21,178 bases of DNA from assembly GCF_006345805.1 (NCBI RefSeq), contig NW_021823776.1:1-21178 (forward strand). Direction: 5' to 3'. The position numbers and the translations under genes were made by a program. The DNA comes from Octopus sinensis. Lineage: Eukaryota. Below are positions 1 to 10,693 of this stretch, one piece after another; position 1 is the first letter of the stretch; the number at the start of each line of letters is the position of its first letter. The notes beneath the pieces are model-generated. The model did no database searches and was not told the origin of the DNA. It was given only the letters and a program-made list of their open reading frames with translations.

Positions 1-114
1 CTGAGATAACAAAGGTGTAATAGAAAGCGGGGAATTCACAGCCTCTAGGAAAATTCTAATATGTAATCAGTACGAGGTTAGAGTTCCCGCGCTGTGTTTA
101 ACACCATCTACACC

Positions 115-195
115 ACGACCACTACTGCCATCAACACTACAGCTACCACTACGGTCACCGCTACCGATACCATTATCACTGCAGTCATTACTACT
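115..195. repeat. Degenerate (ACC/ACT)n triplet low-complexity tract
   Basis: accacgaccactactgccatcaacactacagctaccactacgg; 3-nt periodicity seen directly. Confidence 0.6.
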
Positions 196-245
196 CCCAG
201 TGAAAATGAGCGCCGAGATCACCACGAGTATCAACACAAATTATA

Positions 246-992
246 TATTTCTTTATTACCCACAAGGGGCTAAACACAGAGAGGACAAACAAGGAGAGAC
301 AAACGGATCAAGCCGATTATATCGACCCCAGTGCGTAAATGGTACTTAATTTATCGACCCCGAAAGGATGAAAGGCAAAGTGGACCTCGGCGGAATTTGA
401 ACTCAGAACGTAGCGGCGGACGAAATACCTATTTCTTTACTACCAACAAGGGGCTAAACATAGAGGGGACAAACAAGGACAGACAAACGGATTAAGTCGA
501 TTATATCGACCCCAGTGCGTAACTGGTACTTTATTTATCGACCCCGAAAGGATGAAAGGCAAAGTCGACCTCGGCGGAATTTGAACTCAGAACGTAATGG
601 CAGACGAAATACCTATTTCTTTACTACCCACAAGGGGCTAAAGATAGAGGTGACAAACAAGGACAGACAAACGGATTAAGCCGATTATATCGACCCCAGT
701 GCGTAACTGGTACTTATTTAATCGACCCCGAAAGGATGAAAGGCAAAGTCGACCCCGGCAGAATTTAAACTCAGAACGTAGCGGCAGACGAAATACCTAT
801 TTCTTTTCTACCCACAAGGGGCTAAACATAGAGGACAGACATAGGTATTAAGTCGATTACATCGACCCCAGTACATAACTTGTACTTAATTTATCGACCC
901 CGAAAGGATGAAAGGCAAAGTCGACTTCGGCAGAATTTGAACTCAGAACGTAACGACAGACAAAATACCGCTAAGCATTTCGTCCGGCGTGC
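246..992 (-). mobile_element. tRNA-derived SINE family A, head-to-tail tetramer with a single, 5'-damaged head
   Basis: Units start at 246, 426, 610 and 794 (period 184 bp between the last three). Each carries a B-box (minus strand GAGTTCAAATTC-like). The head segment gctaagcatttcgtccggcgtgc follows only the last unit and is cut off by the TG tract. Confidence 0.85.
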
Positions 993-1250
993 ACGCGCGT
1001 ATGTGTGTGTGCATATGCGTGTGTATGTGTGTGTACGAGCGTGTGTACGTGTGTGTGTTTGTGTATGCGTGCGTGAGTGTGTATTTGTGTGTACGAGCGT
1101 GTGTGTGTCTGTGCGTTTGTGTGTGTTTGTGTGCGCGTGTGTGTTTGTGTGCGCGTGTGTGTGTGTTTGGGTATGCGTGTGTTCGCGCGCACGTGTACGT
1201 ATGTATGGGTGTGCTCAAGTGTATGCGTGTATGCGTATGTGTGTGTATGA
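993..1250. repeat. Compound (TG)n/(CG)/(TA) microsatellite
   Basis: Dinucleotide tract seen directly; it explains the CVCV and HTHT ORFs. Confidence 0.95.
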
Positions 1251-1377
1251 CAAGCTAAGTGGTGATGACAGAAAGCAAAGAAGCAAGGTGAAGAAAATAG
1301 ATGGAGTAGTTTTTAGTTTCCGCGCTTCTGGTGACAGAAGGGATTATTAGTTAAAGGACTGCTCCCTTGTTAAATTT

Positions 1378-1816
1378 GAGGTGTTGTCTGCGAGAGATGG
1401 AAGGAGGGGAGTGGCTTCGTGTAAGATCTGAGGTGTTGTCTGCGAGAGGTGGAAGGAGGGGAGTGGCTTCGTGTAAGATCTGAGGTGTTGTCTGCGAGAG
1501 GTGGAAGGAGGGGAGTGGCTTCGTGTAAGATCTGAGGTGTTGTCTGCGAGAGGTGGAAGGAGGGGAGTGGCTTCGTGTAAGATCTGAGGTGTTGTCTGCG
1601 AGAGGTGGAAGGAGGGGAGTGGCTTCGTGTAAGATCTGAGGTGTTGTTTGTGAGAGGTGGAAGGAGGGGAGTGGCTTCGTGTAAGATCTGAGGTGTTGTC
1701 TGCGAGAGGTGGAAGGAGGGGAGTGGCTTCGTGTAAGATCTGAGGTGTTGTTTGTGAGAGGTGGAAGGAGGGGAGTGGCTTCGTGTAAGATCTGAGGTGT
1801 TGTTTGTGAGAGGTGG
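1378..1816. repeat. 52-bp minisatellite, about 8.4 copies
   Basis: Unit gaggtgttgtctgcgagaggtggaaggaggggagtggcttcgtgtaagatct starts at 1378, 1430, 1482, 1534, 1586, 1638, 1690, 1742 and 1794. Confidence 0.97.
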
Positions 1817-2399
1817 GCGGAGGGCAGGCACTGCTCTCTCGTTAAATTTGAGAGGTGGGCGGTACGACCGTGACAGGTATTGCTATGTGAAATACAAGGA
1901 AAGGAGGCGTTAATTTTTCGACGTGTGATGCTGTGATGGTAGTTATAGAAATGAGGAGGTTTAATGGCCTGGGGTTATATCACTGAGGGCATAACGTGAG
2001 TACATGGAACCTCTGCACGCCCAAGCCACCTGCTAGAAGTAGAAGCTAGAATCCCCATTAATTAACAATTTACCACTTTTAAAAAGTGGAAGGGCACGTG
2101 AAGAGTGTCTTAAATACTCCCTTGAAAAAAAAAAAAAGGGAATGGTAAGGGCTGAAATGTCTTTTAATCAACGGTGATGGGGCATGCTGGTAATAGTTTT
2201 GTTAAGCCATAGTGGAGATAATTAGAATTAGGGGTTCATAGTGTTTGTGAAGGGGGGTGTCGGGGAATATATATAGAGTGTTGGTTGTGTTGATAGCCGT
2301 GTTGGGATGGTGTGATGGGAGTTGAGGATGCGGAGGATGCTGGATGGTTGCGGTTGTAGCGTTGTATGAGGGAGATGGGGGGAGGTGAATGTGATGGTT

Positions 2400-3055
2400 T
2401 TGGTAGTGGAATTGTCACAAGTTGTGGTGGTAGTGTTGGTGGTGGTGGTGGTGTTTGTGGTGTTGGTGGTGGTGGTTGTGGTGTTGTGGTGTTGTTGGTG
2501 GTATTGGTGGTGGTGTTTGTGGTGGTAGTGGTGGTAGTGGTGATAGGGATGGTGGTGGCGATAATGGTGGTGATGATGTTGATGGTGGTGGTAGTGGGGG
2601 TGGCTGTGGAGTTGTTGGAGGTGATGCTCGTGGTAGTGGTAGTGGTAGTGATGGTGGTGGTGGCGGTGGTGGTGGGGTGGTGCTGGTTGTGATAGTGGTG
2701 GTGGTAGCGATAATGGTGGTGGTGCTGGTGGTGGTGGTGTTGGTTGTGGTGTTGGTGGTGGTATCGATGGTGGTGATAATGGTGGTAGTGGTGATAGTAG
2801 TGGTAATGGTGATAATGGTGGTGGTGATGGTGTTGGTGGTGGTAGTGGTGGTGGTTGTGGTGTTGGTGGAAGGTGATGCTCTTGGTGGTGGTATTGGTGG
2901 TGGTATTGTTGGTGGTGTTGGTGATGGTAGTGGTGATAGTGGTGGTGGTGGTGATGGTGGTGGTGGTGGTGGCGATAATGGTGGTGGTGGTGATGGTGGT
3001 GGTGGTGATGGTGGTGGTGGTGGTGGTGGCGGCGATAATGTGATTGTAATGTTGA
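2400..3055. repeat. (GGT)n-based cryptic triplet array
   Basis: GGT/GAT/GTT/AGT triplets; the motif gcgataatg recurs at 2558, 2707, 2972 and 3032. Confidence 0.95.
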
Positions 3056-3381
3056 GACGGCAATAGTGATCGGAACGGGGCACCACAATATATAGTAGTA
3101 CCCCATGGTACTACCATTTCACTCATGCCACCGTACTACTGTACCACTGTACCACGTCTCCATACCACAGTACTTCACCACCATACCATCCAAACTTACG
3201 CTCTCACTGCATAATGACTCGACGTGCTAAAATGGCTGCTAAAACTTCCTCAGGTCACACCTTTTTGCCTTAATTCACGTTTCCTTATCAGGGCTAATTT
3301 GTGGCTAAGCAACAAAAATAATCACCACACTAATTATGTGAAAAATTAAGTGAAAAAAAAGAACAGAAGAAATTATCCAGA

Positions 3382-3548
3382 AGGCGCAGGAGTCGGGTGT
3401 GTGGTAAGTAGCTTGCTAACCAACCTCATGATTCCGGGTTCAGTCCCACTGCGTGGCATCTTGGGCAAGTGTCTTCTGCTATAGCCCTGGGCCGACCAAT
3501 GCCTTGTGAGTGGATTTGGTAGACGGAAACTGAAAGAAGCCTGTCGTA

Positions 3549-3607
<59 letters not shown>

Positions 3608-3825
3608 GTGTGTTTGGTGGTCTGTGTTTGTCCCCCTAGCATTGCTTGACAACCGATGCTGGTGTTTACGTCCCCGTCACTTAGCGGTTCGGCAAAAAGA
3701 GACCGATAGAATAAGTACTGGGCTTACAAAGAATAAGTCCCGGGGTCGATTTGCTCGACTAAAGGCGGTGCTCCAGCATGGCCGCAGTCAAATGACTGAA
3801 ACAAGTGAAAGAGTAAAAGAGAGTA
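3382..3825 (+). mobile_element. tRNA-derived CORE-type SINE family B, near full length, with internal (TA)n/(TG)n
   Basis: B-box GGTTCAGTCCC; CORE-like TGGCATCTTGGGCAAGTGTCTT (compare MIR core GACCTTGGGCAAGT); internal microsatellite at 3546-3612; tail ends gaaacaagtgaaagagtaaaagag. Homologous to copies at 7399, 10694 and 11493. Confidence 0.85.
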
Positions 3826-3996
3826 ATCCTTGTCCGGTACCAGATCGATCCCAAAATCTAATCAGTTCGTGCCAGTCACGAGGCCAAACATCCCTGAAAG
3901 TTTCATACGAATCCATCCAGCGATTCTTGAGATATCTTGTCCACGGACAAACACGTCTGAACACTACTACCGTATTCGCTAAGGCGGAGGTAATAA
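3826..3996 (+). mobile_element. Possible non-autonomous Helentron/DINE-like element, 3' fragment
   Basis: Ends in a degenerate GC hairpin followed by ggcggaggtaataa, which from memory resembles DINE/HINE-type termini. Single copy here, so it cannot be confirmed from the window. Confidence 0.3.
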
Positions 3997-4509
3997 ACAA
4001 TTCTACAGAAATTTGATATGATTTGACAAAACAGGACTTACACCACACGTTATGTCTTTAATACTAACAGACACAAGAAAACTACCGATTCGGCTAATGA
4101 AAAGCGATATACATATTAAAAAAGGAAGATCTTAGGAAAACAGGATATGATAACGATTTCAATAAACAAAGCGGAACAAACACCGAACTGGCCAATACAG
4201 AAAAATAACATGATAATGATGAAAAAAGAAAATGACATGAATTAAAGGAAAACAAATGATAATCCAGATATAATAGCGAAACCAACAAACAAAAATAAAA
4301 TGTAACGGACTTGAAAAATGCGATAAAAATTACCTTAGGCAACATCTCAACCAACATAAAACAATAACTACGCACAAAAAAATGAGGTTTCTCGGAATAT
4401 GGAGAAGCAACTCCACTTCCCTTGAACATCACGTTGGCGGCAAACTCATGTCACGAGAAAAAGCATTCAGTTTAAATTATACATATACATACAATGTGTA
4501 TACATGTGT

Positions 4510-4510
4510 A

Positions 4511-4569
<59 letters not shown>

Positions 4570-4930
4570 CATATATGTGTGTATATATATGTGTGTGTGT
4601 GTGTGTGTGTTGTATGCATATATGTGTGTGTATATATATATATATGTGTGTGTGTATGTATGCATATATGTGTGTGTGTATATATATATATGTGTGTGTG
4701 TATGTATGCATATATGTGTGTATATATATATATGTGCGTATGTGTGTGCGTGTGTGTATGTATGCATATATGTGTGTGTATATATATATGTGCGTGTATG
4801 TGTATGTATGTATGCATATATGTGTGTGTATATATATGTGTGTGTGTGTATGTATGCATATATGTGTGTGCGTGTGTGTGTGTATGTATGCATATATGTG
4901 TGTGCGTGTGTATGTGTGTGTGTGTGTGCT
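4510..4930. repeat. Compound (TA)n/(TG)n microsatellite with recurring tatgcatata module
   Basis: Seen directly; blocks such as gtgtgtatgtatgcatatatgtgtg recur. Confidence 0.95.
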
Positions 4931-5124
4931 CGTACTCAAATGCTGGAACTATAGCAAAAAATACATCATCACTACACCATCACAGCCATCACGTTTTTAA
5001 ACAATCATCTAATGTGATTTGGATAGATTAGTCGCTGTCCTCTGGGATAGAACTACTAACCAGACTTTCATTACGGCAAAGTGTTGTTGTTGCTTGAAGG
5101 GCGGGGAGCGGTACGTATAGTGGT

Positions 5125-5250
5125 CGTGGTAGTGGTGGTTGTAGTAGGCGCTGGTGGTGGTGGTGGTGGTAGTGGTGGTGACGTGATGACTGTTGTTGTT
5201 GGTAATGATTAATGATGGTGCTGGTGGTGGTGGCGGCGGCGGCGGCGGTG
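5125..5250. repeat. (GGT/GTT/GGC)n triplet tract
   Basis: Seen directly. Confidence 0.8.
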
Positions 5251-5291
5251 GTTGATTGTTGTTTAATCCCAGGTGACACACACAGACCTAG

Positions 5292-6919
5292 TGGCAGCAC
5301 ATGGCCTAGTGGTTATAGTAGCGGACTCGCGGTCGAGGAATCGCGGGTTCGAATCTCAAACCGGGCGATGTGTGTGTTTATGAGCGAAAACACCTAAGCT
5401 CCACGCGGCTCTGGCAGAAGGTAATGGTGAAACTTCTGCTGACTCTTTCGCCACAACTTTCTCTCACTCTTTCCTCCTGCATCTTGCAGCTCACCGGCGA
5501 CGGACTGGCGTCCGGTCCAGGTGGGGAACCTATACGCCAAGGAAACCGGCAAATCGGCCCTCATGGGCCTGGGATGGTTCGAGAAGGAACGAACAATAAC
5601 CATCGCTTGGCAACCGATGTTGGTGTGTTTACGTCCCCGTAGCTTAGCGAAACACCTAATTTCCACGCGGCTCCGGCAGAAGGTAATAGCGAACTTCTGC
5701 TGACTCTTTCGCCACAACTTTCTCTCACTTTTCCTCCTGGATCTTGCAGCTCACCTGCGACGGACCGGCGTCCGGTCCAGGTGGGGAACCTATACGCCAA
5801 GGAAACAGGGAAACCGGCCCTAATGAGTCAGGCATGGCTCGAGAAGGAACAAAAAAAACATACATACAAAATGTATACAGGTTACATATATGGCCTAGTG
5901 GTTAGAGCAGCGGACTCGCAGTCGAGGGATCGCGGGTTCGAATCTCAGACCGGACGATGTGTGTGTTTATGAGCGAAAATACCTAAGCTCCACGTGGATC
6001 CGGCAGAAGGTAATGGCGAACTTCTGCTGACTCTTTCGCCACAACTTTCTCTCACTTTTCCTCCTGGATCTTGCAGCTCACCTGCGACGGACCGGCGTCC
6101 GGTCCAGGTGGGGAACCTATACGCCAAGGAAACAGGGAAACCGGCCCTAATGAGTCAGGCATGGCTCGAGAAGAACAAAAAAACATACATACAAAATGTA
6201 TACAGGTTACATATATGGCCTAGTGGTTAGAGCAGCGGACTCGCAGTCGAGGGATCGCGGGTTCGTCTCAGACCGGACGATGTGTGTGTTTATGAGCGAA
6301 AATACCTAAGCTCCAGTGGATCCGGCAGAAGGTAATGGCGAACTTCTGCTGACTCTTTCGCCACAATTCTCTCACTTTTCCTCCGGATCTTGCAGCTCAC
6401 TGCGACGGACCGGCGTCCGGTCCAGGTGGGGAACCTATACGCCAAGGAGGAAACCGGGAAACCGGCCCTTAGAACCAGGCATGGTTCGAGAAGGAACGAA
6501 CAATAACCATCGCTTGGCAACCGATGTGGTGTTTACGTCCCCGTAGCTTAGAGAAACACCTAATTTCCACGCGGCTCCGGCAGAAGGTAATGGCGAACTT
6601 CTGCTGACTCTTTCGCCACAACTTTCTCTCACTCTTTCCTCCTGCATCTTGCAGCTCACATGCGAGGGATTGCAGGTTCGAATCTCAGACCAGGCGATGT
6701 GTGTGTTTATGAGCGAAAACACCTAAGCTCCATGCGGCTCCGGCAGAAGGTAATGGCGAAAATTTGCTGACTCTTTCGCCACAACTTTCTTTCACTCTTT
6801 CCTCCTGCATCTTGCAGCTCACCTGCGACGGACTGGCGTCCCGTCCAGGTGGGGAACCTATACGCCAAGGAAACCGGCCCTTTATAAGCCAGGCATGGCT
6901 CGAGAAGGAACAAACAACA
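5292..6919 (+). mobile_element. Multimer of tRNA-derived SINE family C (tail type 2), about 6 units, with two embedded family-B fragments
   Basis: Heads (A-box TGGCCTAGTGG, B-box-like GGTTCG) at about 5300, 5890 and 6215, plus a half-head at about 6662. B-derived catcgcttggcaaccgatg...gtccccgtagcttag at about 5601 and 6510. Flanked by the direct repeat ACAGACCTAG at 5282-5291 and 6920-6929. Confidence 0.85.
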
Positions 6920-7113
6920 ACAGACCTAGGCTCAGGAGCATTCCAACTGTAGGCAAGACCAACATTTATCAATGTCTCCCATATTTATGATGTTCGTAGG
7001 TAATTTGAGAGTTTGGGCTGCTGTTTCACATCCAACGACCATGTAGAAGCTCCACCTAAATGAAAATGCTCCAACCATGACCATCTTAATCACAAAAAAA
7101 AAATGCAAAACTA

Positions 7114-7353
7114 CCTTCTCGAGTCACACCGACTCATAAGGGCCAGTTTTCCGGCTTCCAGGGTGTATAAATTCCCTACCTGGACGGGATGCCAGTTCAT
7201 CTCAAGATAACTCATTTTTGCCAGCTGAGTGAATTGGAGCATCGTGAAATGAAGTGTTTTGCTCAAGAAAACAACGCATCACCTGGTCCAGGAATCGAAA
7301 CCACAATCTTATGATCAGGAGTCCAACGCCCTAACCACTAAGCCACGCACCGC
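7114..7353 (-). mobile_element. tRNA-derived CORE-type SINE family D carrying tail type 2
   Basis: Minus strand reads A-box TGGCTTAGTGG, B-box GGTTTCGATTCC, CORE-like TTCTTGAGCAAAACACTT, then ctggcatcccgtccagg...ctcgagaagg, which matches the family C tail at about 6830-6908. Confidence 0.75.
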
Positions 7354-7398
7354 CACGATCCTTATTCTAACCATTAAGCCGTACGCCTTATATAATAG

Positions 7399-7560
7399 GC
7401 GCAGAAGTGGCTGTGTGGTAAGTAGCTTGCTTACCAACCACATGTTTCCGGGTTCAGTCCCACTGCGTGGCACCTTGGGCAAGTGTCTTCTACTATAGCC
7501 TCGAGCCGACCAAAGCCTTGTGAGTGGATTTGGTAGACGGAAACTGAAAGAAGCCCGTCG

Positions 7561-7601
<41 letters not shown>

Positions 7602-7851
7602 CCGTCGTATATATATATATATATATATATATATGCGTGTGTGTGTTTGTGTGTCTGTGTTTGTCCCCCTAGCATTGCTTGACAACCGATGCTGGTGTGT
7701 TTATGTCCCCGTTACTTAGCGGTTCGGCAAAAGAGACCGATAGAATAAGTACTGGGCTTACAAAAGAATGAGTCCCCAGGGTCGAGTTGCTCGACTAAAG
7801 GCGGTGCTCCAGCATGGCCGCAGTCAAAATGACTGAAACAAGTAAAAGAGT
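7399..7851 (+). mobile_element. SINE family B, full length
   Basis: A-box TGGCTGTGTGG, B-box GGTTCAGTCCC, CORE-like segment, internal (TA)n with a duplicated cccgtcgtatata, and the same 3' tail as the 3382 copy. Confidence 0.88.
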
Positions 7852-8099
7852 ATAATGTGTAGAAACTGGCTTTATATAGTTGCTGCTAGAAATAGCAGTT
7901 AAATATCACTCAACTCACAACCCAAGGTACACATCGCCAGCAGCGGGCAGTCGCAATCACTGCTGGCCAATCACCATTAATATATTTACCATTCCACCAA
8001 CCATCAATCTCATCACAACCACCAGCTCCATCTTCACCGATATACTATCACTATCACCATCGCAGCATACCACTACAATCATCAACATGTTAGCAGCAC

Positions 8100-8870
8100 T
8101 GCTCTCACACCACCGCCGCCGCCGCCACCACCACCACCACAACCACAACCACCACCACCACCACCACCATCGCCGCCACCACCACCAACACCAACACCAA
8201 CACCAACACCAACACCAACACCAAACCACCACCACCACCACCAATACCAACACCACAACCACTATAACCATCACCACCACTACCATCATCACCACCACCA
8301 TTACCACCACAACCACCACCACCACCACCACCACCGCCGCCACCACCACCAACACCAACACCAACACCAACACCAACAACACCAGCACCACAACCACTAT
8401 AACCATCACCACCACTACCACCAGCACCACCACCAGCACCAGCACCACCACCACCTCCACCACCACCACCACCATTACCACACACCACCACCACCACCAC
8501 CACCATCGCCGCCACCACCCCACCAACACCAACACCAACACCAACCACAACACAGCACCCAACCACTATAACCATCACCACCACTACCACCAGCACCACC
8601 ACCAGCACCACCACCACCACCACCTCCACCACCACCACCACCATTACCACCACAACCACCACCACCACCACCACCATCGCCGCCACCACCACCAACACCA
8701 ACACCAACACCAACACCAACAACACCAGCACCACAACCACTATAACCATCACCACCACTACCACCAGCACCACCACCAGCACCAGCACCACCACCACCAC
8801 CATTACCACCACAATCACCACCACCAACACCACCACTTCCACCACCTCCACCACCACCACCAACACAACA
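8100..8870. repeat. (CAC)n/(CAACAC)n triplet array with higher-order units
   Basis: Marker accactataaccatcaccaccactacca at 8258, 8393, 8562 and 8736. Confidence 0.95.
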
Positions 8871-8939
8871 AATCAATAGCGTGTTATAAATGAGATGAGT
8901 TCAAGAGGTGTTAAATTGACATGATAATGTACACAGCAG

Positions 8940-9130
8940 CATCGCCACCACTACTACCACAGCCACTACCACCAACGCCACAAATTCTACCACTGCCTCC
9001 ACTATAATAAAACCACCACCACCGCCACTGCCACCGCCACCTTTGCCGCCGCCGCTGCCGCCGTCACATTTGTACCACTATTGCCTCACCATACCACCCA
9101 CCACTGCCACTTCGAGCAACAATCTCGCCG
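8940..9130. repeat. Degenerate (CCA/CCG)n triplet tract
   Basis: Seen directly. Confidence 0.65.
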
Positions 9131-9354
9131 CCACTACTTAACACTGCACCAACCCCACATCACATCCCCCCAAAGGCCCCCCAAAGCCCCTCCCCATGAC
9201 CATCCCAACACAGCATCGCTGTCTCTAACACCTCCATCACCGCATCACATAACTTCCACCTTCGCCGGATAACATTACATCGCTATATTAATATATTGTT
9301 CAAACTATAATGATTTGCCGGAGGATAGAGAAAAACTATATATGATTATAGTTT

Positions 9355-9460
9355 AAGGTGTTGTTGTTGTTGTTGTTGATGATGTTTATGGTGGTAGTAG
9401 GGGTGTTAGTGGGAGTGTTGTTGTTCTTGACTGCAGTAGTGGTAGTAGTGATAGTAGTAT
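9355..9460. repeat. (GTT/GTA/GGT)n triplet tract
   Basis: Seen directly; it explains the poly-L/V ORF at 9358. Confidence 0.75.
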
Positions 9461-9464
9461 GTTA

Positions 9465-10064
9465 CTTTATTACCCAAAAGGGGGCTAAACATAGAGGGGA
9501 CAAACAAGGACAGACAAACGGATTAAGTCGATTACATCGACCCCAGTGCGTAACTGGTACTTAATTTATCGACCCCGAAAGGATGAAAGGCAAAGTCGAC
9601 CTCGGCGGAATTTGAACTCAGAAGGTAACGGCAGACGAAATACCTATTTCTTTACTACCCACAAGGGGCTAAACACAGAGGGGACAAACAAGGACAGACT
9701 AACGGATTAAGTCGATTACATCGACCCCCAGTGCGTAACTGGTACTTAATTTATCGACCCCGAAAGGATGAAAAGCAAAGTCGACCACAGCGGAATTTGA
9801 ACTCAGAACGTAACGGCGGCAGACGAAATACCTATTTCTTTACTACCCACAAGGGGCTAAACACAAAGGGGACAAACAAGGACAGACAAACGGATTAAGT
9901 CGATTACATCGACCCCAGTGCGTAACTGGTACTTAATTTATCGACCCCGAAAGGATGAAAGGCAAAGTCAACCTCGGCGGAATTTGAACTCAGAATGTAA
10001 CGGCAGACGAAATACGGCTACGCATTTCGCCCGGCGTGCTAACGATTCTGCCAGCTCGCCGCCT
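9465..10064 (-). mobile_element. SINE family A trimer with one complete head
   Basis: Units start at 9465, 9641 and 9829. The full head (minus strand aggcggcgagctggcagaatcgttagcacgccgggcgaaatg) occurs only once. Confidence 0.88.
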
Positions 10065-10144
10065 TTAGAATGAGAATCCTGCTGTGTGATACTGCTATTT
10101 TTGCTCGGCTCTACATTGGCCCTCGATGCTCAAGATTGCAATTA

Positions 10145-10250
10145 CAGTAATTCCTCGCCATATCGCGGGTCATCTACCGCGGTTCACTTATCGCGGTTTA
10201 TTACTTAAGCTTACGTCGATTCCTCCGTGGTGTTGTTTTGCATTTATAAT
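10145..10250 (+). mobile_element. Possible Tigger/pogo-like MITE left end
   Basis: TA then CAGTAATTCCTCGCCATATCGCGG, resembling Tigger-type TIRs (from memory) with a TA target. No matching right TIR was found in the window. Confidence 0.4.
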
Positions 10251-10263
10251 AAAATAAATATAG

Positions 10264-10648
10264 TGGAAGCACTCCGTCGGTTACGATTATGAAGGTTCCG
10301 GTTGATCCGAATCAACGGAACAGCCTGCTCGTAAAATTAACGTGCAAGTGGCTGAGCACTCCACAGACACGTGCACCCTTAACGTAGTTCTCGGGGATAT
10401 TCAGCGTGACACAGAGAGTGACAAGGCCGGCCCCTTGAAATACAGGTACAACAGAAACAGGAAGTAAGAGTGAGAGAAAGTTGTGGTGAAAGAGTACAGC
10501 AGGGATCACCACCATCCCTGCCGGAGACTCGTGGAGCTTTTAGATGTTTTCGCTCAATAAACACTCACAACGCCCGGTCTGGGAATCGAAACCGCGATCC
10601 TACGACCTCGAGTCCGCTGCCCTAACCACTGGGCCATTGCGCCTCCAC
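10264..10648 (-). mobile_element. SINE family C, full length, tail type 1, with a 13-bp target-site duplication
   Basis: Head gtggaggcgcaatggcccagtggttagggcagcggactcg on the minus strand; perfect flanking repeat AAAATAAATATAG at 10251-10263 and 10649-10661. Confidence 0.9.
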
Positions 10649-10693
10649 AAAATAAATATAGACAAATTATAAAAATTTGGAAAAAATATACAT

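Noticed and set aside
426-609. Ribozyme explaining the 184-bp family A multimers
   Set aside because: No CUGANGA or compensated core with flanking helices was found on either strand by eye.
1378-1816. CRISPR-like array
   Set aside because: Units are contiguous and near-identical with no unique spacers, there are no cas genes, and the context is eukaryotic.
2073-2089. Palindrome ccactttt-a-aaaagtgg
   Set aside because: Short, AT-centred and single; expected by chance.
3241-3254. Minus-strand CTGAGGA as a hammerhead core
   Set aside because: No downstream stem followed by GAAA.
5292-5365. Genuine tRNA genes at the SINE heads (also 5890, 6215, 10575-10648 and 12160-12233)
   Set aside because: A and B boxes are present, but there is no convincing acceptor stem and each head runs into a shared SINE body, so they are tRNA-derived SINE heads.
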